Positions 10,817-22,800 of a DNA stretch of 64,000 nucleotides are shown one piece after another. The notes below the pieces were generated by a model. The model saw only the letters and a program-made list of their open reading frames with translations. It was not told the origin of the DNA and did no database searches. The DNA is from Eledone cirrhosa (Eukaryota): contig OZ024742.1 in assembly GCA_964016885.1 (NCBI GenBank), positions 199,268,001 through 199,332,000 of the forward strand. Reading direction: 5' to 3'. How positions within the stretch are numbered: the first letter of the stretch is position 1; each line of letters starts with the position of its first letter. A program made the position numbers and the translations under genes.

Positions 10817-13800
10817 GTGAGTTATTTTCCTTTTAATTGATAATCCTACTGATTTAATTGTATGTATGGTCCTACTGATAATCCTACTGATTTAATTGTA
10901 TGTATGTGTGGTCCCATAACTCCTGATAGTCATAGGGACATTGTATTGATATACAGCATTTCTTGGGCATTTTAAACCTGGCGGAGCCCATCTCTCTCCA
11001 GGTCTAAGTACAGCAGATTTCTCCGAGAGAGAGGAAATGAGAAAGAGATATAGAGGAAGAATCGACCCCAGTACTAGACTGGTACTTTTTTTTTATCAAC
11101 CTCAAAACGATGAAAGGCAAAGTTGACTTCAGCAGGATTTGAACTCAGAGAGCTGGAATGAATACCATAAAGCAGGGGTGGGCAAACTTTTGGGATTGGG
11201 GGCCACATTGATTAGGTCATGAACACCTGAGGGCCACACCATTTATTATTGGATATAGTGTGCCAGTAACCTTACTTTTCTTCAGTTAGAATTTAGAAAA
11301 TATAAAATATAAACTGCATCATTATAATACATAAATTAATAAAATGATTAAATACAAAAATCTTAAAACAAAGTTTTCTTTTATTTTGGTGCCTGTACGT
11401 ACATCACAAAACAGCAGAACAAGCAATTTAATGAGACAAATGCAACTGGTCACAATTTGTTAAAAATCTGGCACATGCAGGTTTGTGTCTGAAATTATGG
11501 ATATGTTCTTGAACTTGTTTATTTTAAGACAAGAAAAACTTTGTTCACAGATGTTGACTCCAAAATAGAAAACAATCTGGCAGCAAAGCTTCTTGAACAT
11601 GGAAATTTTCATCTGAAAGAGACTTGTAATACTCAATTAATGGCACAGAATGAAATATTTTTCAACAAGTGATCTGTTTGCATATGAATTAGTTCAAGCT
11701 GTATTTCTTTTTTATTTTTTTAAATTAATTCGCTGAATGCTTCGATGGGCCACACAAAACTCTTCGGCGGGCCGCATTTAGCTCGCGGGCTGTCGTTTGC
11801 CTACCCCTGCCATGAAAAAATTGCACCCATTGCACTCTGTAAAGTGGATGGTGATAAGAATTCATGCAAAAAATGGGATGTATGAGCAGGATGTGGCCCT
11901 CTGACTCATGTGGGAGAGGAACAGCTCCAAATAAGAACTGACTTGGCCATAATGACCATCCAACCCATGCCACCATGGAAAGTGAATGTAAAAATGATAA
12001 AGATGATGATGATTGATTTTATTGGATTTTTGTAGCACTGAGAATATTTTTGTGGTTACTGAAAGTCTCTCTACAGCAACTATTGAAGGAAGATACATGG
12101 CCTAGTGGTTAGGCTATTGGACTCAGGATCATAAGGTTGTGAGTCTGATTCCTGTACTAGGTACTGCATTGTATTCTTTTCATATATATGAAGGTGTGTG
12201 GCTTAGTGACTAGGGTGATGGGCTCAAGATCATAAGCTTGTGAGTTTAATTCCTCGACTTGGTGGGACATTATGCCCTTGATCTGGACACTTTATTTCAT
12301 GTTGGTTCAGTTCACTTAGGTGGTAAAAATTAGTTGTACCTGTAATTCAAAGGCCAGCTGAGACACGCACCGTGTCTATGGAATGCTCAGTCACTTGTAT
12401 GTCAACTTCAGGAGTAGGCTGTTCCAGCAGTGTCACACACTATCATTCTGAATCTCCCTGAAAATTACATTAAGGGTATACATGTTTAGAATACTCAGTT
12501 ATCATCATCATTTAGCGTCTGTCTTCGCTAGCAAGGGTTGGGTGGGTCTTCACAGACTGAGTCAGTACTGAAGTAGAGCTGCTGACCTCTGATGGGCCAG
12601 AAGCCTACATCTCGCTTACAAGATGGACTGTACTTGTAATTCAAAGGGCCATCCTTGTCAAATACTGTCACACCGAATATCCTTGAGAATTACGTTAAGG
12701 GTACCTTTATTTATGGAATGCTCTTCCACTTGTTGCATGTTAATTTTACAAGTAAGCTGTAACACCAGCACTAGGAGGTTGTCAAGTCCTTGTCACAACT
12801 AAAGATTCCTCTCAACACTTTGTTTAATATAGTTTCTATGACTGGATTTCCTTAACACCAGCCAATTTACCATGGCACCAACGCTAGGGAGATTGTCATG
12901 TCTATAACACAACCGATGAGTCCTCTCAGCCTACTGTTTGGTATAATTTCTACGGCTGGATGCCTGTTTGTTATAGTCTCTAAGGCTGAATGCCCTTTCT
13001 AACACCAACCACTTCACAGGGTGTACAGGGTGCATTTTATCATGAGATCAGCACCAGGGAGTTATCATGTCTATCACACAACTAAAGAGTCCTCTCAACC
13101 TATTGTTATTTTCTATGTCTGGATCCCTTTTTTTTTCTTTATCACCAATCACTTTACAATGTGTGTGTAATTAATTAATGTGACTGACTGTGTCTTTGTA
13201 TTTCAGTAGCCATTCTCAGGTTGATGTTGATTCTGGTATTGAAACAATGGAAGTTGATGACAGTGATAGAGTGGAACATAAAAGAAAACGTGTAAGTTAA
13301 TATTCTCTCTTTATCTACATCACCCCATATCAGGCGCCCCCCCCCCCCCCCGGAATTTGCACCTAGGAAGTTCCCCTCCGAGGCATAAGTCTGGTCAAGG
13401 TTGTCTGTGGAAGACCAGCAATCGCCCATGCATACCAGCCTCCCCCTCTCCATGCCACCGATGATATCCAAGGGAAAGGCAATGTCTGATACAGCTTGGT
13501 ATCAGTGATGTCACAATTTCTATGGCTGAGTAAACTGGAGCAACGGGAAATAAGTGTCTTGCTCAAGGACACAATGCATTACCCGGTCAGAGAATTGAAC
13601 TCCCAACCTGCCGATTTCACGCCTAATGTTCTAACCGCTAAGCAAGTTTCTGTCTATCAAATTTTACTCACAAGGCATAAGTCATCCTGTAGTAGTAGTA
13701 GAAACTTGTACAAGGTGCCACATAGTGAGACTGAACCTGAAACCACATGGCTGTGAAGCACGCTTCCTAATGTCACACCCCTGTTTTCATATTTGTGTGT

Positions 13801-16800
13801 GTTATATGGTGTTAGGAAGGGCATCTAGTCATAGAAACCTTGCCAGAAACAGCAAGACATGAGCAAGACATGGTTACCTGACCCAACTTGCCTCTAATGG
13901 GACAACCCGTCAAATTTATGTTAACATGGAAAATGGATGATAAACGAAATGGTCTTGCTCAGTGTACAGGAAAGGAGTAGGTAGTTATTCCATCCTGTGT
14001 CAAAATTCAAACTATGTGTACAAAAACGATGTAGTAGGATATTAAGCAGTCTAGCAAAGAATGTAAGCTTTGTATGTGGTTGATGCACAGGAGCAGTAAG
14101 GAGCAAGAGCTCACAGGAAACAAGCTCCTTTAAATGCTCAGAGGGCTCTGTAGAAGTAGTTGATAGTTTCTGTTACCTTGGTGACCAAGTTAGCAGTGGA
14201 AGTAGGTGTTCTGAACGTATAGTAGCCAGAGTGAGAACGGGATGGAAAAAGCTCAGGAGCTACTACTGCTGCTAGCTGTAAAAGGGTTTTCTCCCAAAAT
14301 TAAAGACAGATTGTATAAAACTTGTGTATGAACAACACCCACAACCTGTCAGGCTTTTGCAGTTTCTGTTTACCAAATTCCACTCACAAGGCATTGGTTA
14401 ATCTAAAGCTATAGCTTAAGTCACTTGCCTAAGGTGTCATGTGGATGCATGCAAAATGGACTCCTTAACCACACAGCCATACCTGCATCTATGTTGCTTT
14501 CGTTTTTCTTCTTCATTTTTGATTTTAACCATTTTTGTTGATTTCAGGATGCTAGCATTGGTTCAGAAGCCACGGAAACACAAGTCTTGAACACCATAAT
14601 TCGAATATTCCTTGTCTCCTGGCGAGAACAGAGGGACCCAGGAACATTACATATACCTTGTCTCGCTGAAGCTTTCAATGAAAGTAAGATATCCTTGATA
14701 TATTAAGAAATGTGTATTACTCTATTACTCTATGATCCAACTGACAGTCTAAGGCCATTCTGGGGCAATTTCTTCAAGAGATATGTCTAACAGCAACATG
14801 AACATTCCCCCTTTTTGACCCTCTTTTTTCTATCTTCTAATGAAAGACTAGCATCTGAAACATTAAGACTTTTCCAACTAAAATATCATCATTGTATTGT
14901 ATTGTTTTCCTCTGTTGTTTTTCTTGTTGACCTCTTCCTTTTCCTTGTTGAGCTCTACTTGGAGTGACTCTGATCTAATGAAAATTTGATTATCAAATGT
15001 TTTTTTTTACTTGTTTGTTACAGAAGAGAAAGATTACAAAGAAATAATCAACCAGATTGTGATGGAAACACTTCACCTCATTTATTCAAGTCCAGAAAAT
15101 CTGATTGACTCTTTAAAAACTGCTGTGGATGGCGTCTCTCCTGTCCGAAGTTATAGTTCTAGCCCTTGTAGGTAAGTTAACCCTTTATTGACCAAACCAC
15201 CCGAAGCCACCCTGTGGTTCTTATGATATAAAATTTTATTTTAAAGTGTTTATATTTACCTAAAACCCTACCATAGTAATTTTATGTAAGAACTTTTGTT
15301 TAGTTATGTTCCATTTAACAATTTAAAAATGAGAAAGTTAGTACTATCCCGAAATTCTTCAAATTCTTGATTATTTTTTCAAAATGATTTGATAATCATA
15401 GAAATATTGTAATGAAAGGGTTAACTACTGAGTGATATGTCACACTCAATGGAGTGGATGGTGTATCTCCAGTTTGAAGTTATACTTTTAATTCTTGTAG
15501 GGAAATTAACCCTTTTGATAACAAACCGCTTGAAACCATCCCATGGCTCTATGATACAAAATTTTGTTTTAAAGTATTTATATTTATCTAAAATATAATT
15601 TTGTACTCTCACAACAATACCTCAGAAGCTTTAATGCCTCCCTCAATTGAAAAACATGTTGGCTGTTAAAAGGATATAATGTAAAAATTTAGATATTTTA
15701 CCCTCCTAAATATTCATATTATTTTCCTCTTGCAAGTGTACCCAGCCATCAGAACCACTGATCAATATGGTTACCTGATCTGCTAGAAATAATTAAATTT
15801 CCATCAAGTTATACTCTACTATCTTTGTAGAAAAGAGACATTGGTAAATATAGTCCTAAACACATTGAATTAAAAAAAAAAATAGGATGATCATGGTTGG
15901 AATGTCTTTGATCATAGGTTTTCTCAATAAGGGTTGATCTGGGGCTTATCAGCTACAACAGTCTTTTTGGTGTCAAATAACTCAAAGAGGATCAAGGCAG
16001 AAGTGGTGAGAGCTAATCTTAAAACACTGAGCCTTACAGAGGATGTGATGAAGGAATGTATCAAGTGGAGGGTAGCTGTGCTGGAAAAGCTCCATGTAAG
16101 CATGGAAAAGTGGCTGTAAAAAGGATGATTTTAATGATAATTGATGGCCACCATGATGAATACAACAGAATACATCATCATCATCATTATCATCATTTAA
16201 TGTCCTGCATGAATTAGACGGGTTGTCATGTAATGAAACAAATCAGGTCCGGTGACCATGTCTTGCTCATACAGATCTGTATTTTGGCTTGGTTTCTATG
16301 GCTGGATGCCCTTCCTAACACCAACCATGTTAGTGTGGACTGGGTGCTTTTTTGTTGCCTCACCAGCACAATCACCTTACAGGGTGGACTGGGGGCTTTG
16401 TTGTAGCACCAGAATACCATATGGGGTGGACTGTTTTTTGGGGGGTTTTTTGGTTGGTGTATTACAGGTGAAAAGTGGAAATTAGAGGGAACAAGTACAC
16501 AGGTCAGGTGACCATGCCTTGTTCATACAGATATGTATTTTGGTTCGGTTTCTATGGTTGGATGCCTTTCCTAACACCAATTAAATTACAGTGTGGATTG
16601 GGTATTTTTTATCGTGACACCAAAACGACTATCCAAAAGGGTGGACCGGGTGCTTCTTTTATAGAGTAGACATTAGAACATATATTGGCATTTTGTGATA
16701 TTTTATTGATTCTAAAATCCTTCCAACTATTATTTATTTTCTTGTTTCAGTATAAGTCCATTAATGTCACCCGAACATGAAGAACGTAAATTCACATCCA

Positions 16801-19800
16801 AAATCCAACCTCAGAAGAGAAAAGAAGTGGAGCTCATTAACTATTTACTTGATTGCTATGAGAGAGTAGCTTTTGAAGAAAGAACTAGCCCCAAAGTAAG
16901 TCAATGTTGTGTTTTCTGTATTAACTTTTAACATCCTGTAAGAAGTTAATAGAAAATATCTAAAACATGGGTTTGTAAATTCAAATGTTTATAGTGACTT
17001 TACTAGTGGACAGATCATTGTGAATATTTGTGATTTAAGACTTTATTTTTTAATGTGATAGTGCTATGTATATAATTTTCAAGAATGTCTTGTTAACCCT
17101 TTAGCATTCAAACCGACAAAAACCGACAAGATTATGTCCCCTTTCATTTATTCAAACCGACAAAAACCAACATTTAACACTACACGGAGATCTCCTTCTA
17201 AAAATAAACATTGACATCATCAAAATATCGTCAATTCGAGATTACTGCGAGATAAAGCCCTTACGCGCGAAAATTAACTCTTAGTATAGTTAAAGAACTT
17301 GCAATAACACTTGTTTTTAACGTTGAAAGTGTAACATGGCTTCCGAAAGTAGCGACAACGAATTTGAAGGTTTTACATCCTACGACATTCAAGATAAAAA
17401 AGAAACAGAAGATAATATCAGTGATTTATCTTCAAACGAATCAGATATATTTATTTCTGATATAGCTGATGATGATGATAGTCACTTTGAAAGTGAAAGC
17501 GAAGATATAACTGACACCATTGAAAAAACACCAATGTGGTTGAAAGAAACAACACCGATACATGTTTCGGATTTTACTGAAAATATTGGACCACAACACA
17601 CATTACCACCCGATGCTAAAGCACTGGATTATTTTTTTTTATTTTTACCACAAACTTTCTTCGAAGTTGTGGCTGAAGAGACAAATCGCTATGCACAACA
17701 ACAAATTTCTAACCGAGGAAAACCTGATCTGTTATGGCGTCCTACAGATTCTGCCGAAATGAAAGCGTTTTTTACCATAAACATTATGTTTGGTATTAAA
17801 CAATTTCCACGACTGTGGAATTATTGGAGTACTGATATAAGGTTTGGTGACCCTTATATATCTAGTATTATGGCAAAAACGAGATTCATAAAATTAAACC
17901 AGTATTTGCATCTGGTTGATACTTCAAATGCCCCTGGTAGAAATGAATCAAATTACGACCCACTGTACAAAATACGACCATTAATTGAAATGTCAGAAAA
18001 ATTTAAAAGTGTGTATATACCTGGAAAAAATCTTAGTGTTGATGAAGCTATGATTGGGTATAAGGGTAGGGTTCATTTCAGACAGTATATGCCAGCTAAA
18101 CCCACCAAATGGGGCATCAAAGTGTGGGAACTGTGTGAATCGGACACAGGACACTGTGTAAACTTTGATGTTTACACAGGAAAAAAACTTAACGGAGAGA
18201 GAAAACACGGGTTGGGTTACGATGTTGTGTGGTCGCTGACTCAACCCTTCCACTTTCAACACAGACATATTTATTTTGACCTTTTTTTTTCTTCGGTGCT
18301 TTTAGCAGAGGATCTTGCCCTTGTAAATACATACACCTGCGGCACAATAATGAGCAATCGGAAAGGGCTACCCCAAGAAATAAAAGTTGCGAAACTGAAA
18401 AACAGAGGGGACATTCTCCAAATGCAAAAAGAGAACATGTTAGCCACAGTGTTCAAAGACAAACAGCAAATTTTGTTCCTGAGTTCTAACCAACAATCAG
18501 GTGTTGGGGCTGAGGGTAGACCTTTAGTTAACCTCTCCTACAATAAATATATGGGTGGGATTGACAAATCTGACCAGTACTGTGCTTATTACCCAGTTGG
18601 GCGCCCTGGAAAGAAATGGTGGAGATACATCTTGTGGTTTTTAGTGAATTTAACCATTGTGAATTCTTTTATTGTATTTACTAAAAGCCAGAAGGATCCG
18701 CCACCACCAAAGGACTACTGTCATATGAAGTTTCGGGTGGAGGATATACTTCTCGCAAACACAAAGCTGGGAAAAAATCAAAATTAGCAGTGGTCCACAA
18801 AGAAAATATTGATTTTCATAAAGTGGAGAGAATTGATGGTAGGAGGAAGGTTTGCCGATCGTGCTCTTTGCAAAAGAGAAAAACTGTTAAAGGTTACGCA
18901 ATCCAAACCCTATTTATGTGTTCCTTTTGCAAAGTGCCATTATGTAAAGGGTGCTTTGGGCAGTATCACAATAGAAATATTGTCTGACAATATTGAAAAC
19001 AATATTTTAAAAATATATTAGCACACATACACAAAAACACCTGCATTCACCTGTGTCACACCTGCATCACACCTGTTAATGAACTTATATATTGGGAACA
19101 TTCTGTTACGTAATTTTACACCGTACATTGTGTAAGAGTACATTGCCAATATTATTTTGACTGGTGAAAAGGTTTTATACATTTTTTTCAATGAAAATAT
19201 TTACCTGGAATGTAGAGAAAGACTAAAACCTTGTACTGATTACACCTGCATTTTTAATTAATTCACCTGTTCGGAAAACTGCTAGAATTGATGGAAATCA
19301 GCATCTAGATCATTATTGGATTTTTTTGCAACAAATCTAACAGGTAAGGCAGATAAAGTTTAAATTTTTGTGTTTATCCATAAAGTTATTACTTTTACAT
19401 CTGTTAATTAATTTCACCTGCCCATAAAAGTCAAATTTAACAAAAAAATCAGGTAAAAATATATAATTGTAAATTATAGTTATTTAAACATCTACTGACA
19501 AAATTTCAAGTCTGCACATAGAAAATTAAAGTAATTACAAACAAATAAAATTGATAACCCTCTTGAGTATAATTAAGTGAAAATAATGCGAATAGATGAA
19601 CATGACATTTGACAATTCAATGTGAATGCTAAAGGGTTAATGTAGTTTCATGCAGTACAGGATGTTAAGAGATAAATACTTCTGAATCTTTCTCGTGTAT
19701 GAAACCCTGTTGTGGCTAGTTTTTTAATAAGGGTGTCTTGAGTGATACATGGCAACTCCTCTAGTGATGGCACCATGATGAAATGCACCTAGTACACTGC

Positions 19801-22800
19801 AGAGAACATTCAAAAAGGTTAAAAGGGATCTTTATTCTTGTTCAGAATATGCAATCGGTATACTCTGTAAAATAGTTGATGATAAAAATGGGGACAATGT
19901 TGACTAGAGAGCACTCTTTAATCTTGTCTTGTTGAAGACATGACAACCTCTCTAGTATTGGTGTCATGATAAAATGTATCGGTACATTCTGTTAAGTGGT
20001 TAGTATAAGGAAGAGCAAACAACCATCTAGTAAGGTGGATTGGGTGCTTATTTGTTGTCACCAGCATGACCACCTTACAGGATTGATTGGGTGCTTTGTT
20101 TTTGTCATGTCACCAGCACATCAACCTTACAGAGTGGACTGGGAGCCTCTTGTGTCAGAGGCATTACCACATTACTAGAGTGGATTGGGTGCTGCCTCTT
20201 GTCATGTTACCAGCATGACCACCTTACAGGGTAGACTGGGTGCTTTTGTTGTGGCACCAAATTACCATGCAGGGTGGGGTAATAAGATTAAGTACTGATT
20301 TAGTCCCTAACTACCTGTCCAACCCATGTCAGCATGGAAAAACAGATGGCATAAAATAGTTTATTGATTTTATAACTATAATTTCTCTTGTTTCAAGTTA
20401 ATTATTAATTAGTAATCTATTTTAAAACTAATGAACTAGTACAGTCAATAATGACTGCAATAGCATTAAATGTATTTAATTTTTGGGGTCCAGGATTTGT
20501 ATGTGATATATACAAGGATTATTGGGTATATGAACAATCTTACAAACTGGGAAATTTGCGTTTTGATAAATGAATGATTTGCAGAAGAGAAACCATATAG
20601 TTTATGTTGATTACTGACATGGTGAAGTGAGAGTATTTTAATAATTTATTTCTTGTATATAATTACATGGTCAGCATATATGTATAACTGGCATAAAAGA
20701 TTAAATATATAAGTTATTTTGAAGAAATAGCTATTTCACAAGGATAAATCTAGGGTTAGAACCCAGGACGTTGCTTTTGGAAAGCGAACTTCATATTGTC
20801 GCAGTATGACTAAAGTATGATATATGATGCGTGTACGTTTGTGTATGTAAATTTTAACCTTTTTGTTACCATATTTCTGATGAAAGATACTGCCTTTGAT
20901 TTTCATTTAATTTTGAAAATAATCAAGGATTTGGAAGAATTTAATAATATATCTTACTTTCTTATTATTAAGCTGGTGTTAGGAATATAATTTGGCAAAG
21001 GCTTGTATATAAAATTATGATGGAAAGTTTTTGCAAGAGATGTCAACATGAATGGACCTATTATTTTTATCTAAAGACATTTTTCCAATTCCATCCCGTC
21101 TGTCCCTTTGATCTATTTTATTTCTCATTCTTTCTTCTGATGGACTAGCGTCCGAAACGTTAAGACCCTCTTCCTGCTATATCAAGCGTTAACCTAATAT
21201 ATACCTTCCATATACTGTACCGATTGTGTTATTTCTGTTTACCTTTTACATACATATATATATATGTAAAAGGTAAACAGAAATAACAAGACAATCGGTA
21301 CAGTATATGGAAGGGATATATTAGGTTAATGCTTGATATAGCAGGAAGAGGGTCTTAACATTTTGGGACACTAGTCCGTTATCAGAAGAATGAGAAATAA
21401 GATAGCGGGTTGGAAATGGAAAAAATGTCTTTAGATAATAATAACAGGCCCATTCATGTTGACATCTTGTGTATTAGTATGGTTAATTGATAATTTCATA
21501 TGAATTTCTTTCTTGTAGAAATCTAGTATTCCACCATTGAACAATGTATTGTCAATTGCCAGACTATCTTGTGTTCATCACACAGCCCTTGTATTACAAG
21601 GAACTCTGTTTGAAAACAGGTAAGGTTTTTAGTAAAACAACACTTTTTTTTTCCCCCCCTTTTAGTTAGACACTTATTAGGCTGGAGCTTATCTTGGTTT
21701 CTTTGGGTGTTTAGGAATTGAAAGTACATCCTCCTGTATGGTATGCCAGTCCTTCAGCTGAGTGAACTGATGGTATGTGAGATGAATTGTCTTGATGGTC
21801 ATAATTCACCACTCAGTTTGGGGATAGAATCCACAGCCTTTCAATAGGCTGTGTGCCTTCACTGTTATTTATATAACTATAATTTTTTTCGACATGCTGA
21901 CGTATGTATGTGTGTGTGTGTAGATTGTACACACAAGTATAGTGAATGTTAGACGCTGTTTTCTGTGGTTTGTAATCATCCCTTCCTTCCTCAGTCATCT
22001 CTAGTGCATGACATCATCGCCCCTTCCCTCCTCAGTCTTCTCTAGTGTGTAACGTCCTCAATAATCTCTAGTGTGTGACGTCATCACCCCATCCTTCCTC
22101 AGTTATCCCTATTGTATGATGAAACAGTAGACAGACGGACGGGAGTCTCTCAAATTTATATATAGGTATATAGATTTCATGGTATATAATTTATGATTAA
22201 TAATTGTGTGCATCCAGTTTAAAATTGGTACACCATATTCCTGTGTGTCGTAACAGACGACTAAAAGTGCTGGTACCAGGAAGGGCATCCAGCCATAAAA
22301 CATAGCCTCGAACTGGACTCCATGACAAGTATGAAGCCTTTCATGGTGCCCATAAAGGAAAATGGCCTAGGAATGCTTGATGTGTTGTTGTATGATGATA
22401 TTAACCAATGTTTCTCTTGTCTATTTTCTGTCTATCAGATCTGAAACTGCTTCTCTGTTTTTGCTGCCATATTTGTTATCTCACAATCTACCGAGAGGAT
22501 TCCTCTCACTTCTTGTATCAACTTTACCTGACAGAGAAAGTTTGAACAAGGTAAATATTCTTTTTGGTTTATTATCTTTTTGTCTGCTTATTCCAGTTCA
22601 CTTCATTTTCTTCATCATTATGGGTTATTTTCTCATTGTTTTTGTCAGGTTTTAGGGTTGGATAAGATCTTTTGAGGCAGTATTTCTAAAGCCTGATCCC
22701 CTTCTTGATGTCAGCCTTTGTTTTTTTATTTTAAGTAAGACACTGATCTTTGCTTATTCAGTTGTGGGACATAAACATGACATTAGCCTACTTCATACCA

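Larger units (their letters stand above)
16925..19671. mobile_element. TTAA MITE family 2 hosting the nested piggyBac (other copies 34217-34778 with a nested SINE, 45122-45482)
   Basis: Termini CTTTTAACATCCTG ... CAGGATGTTAAGAG; the two halves rejoin across the piggyBac TTAA to match 34217-34778. Confidence 0.75.
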
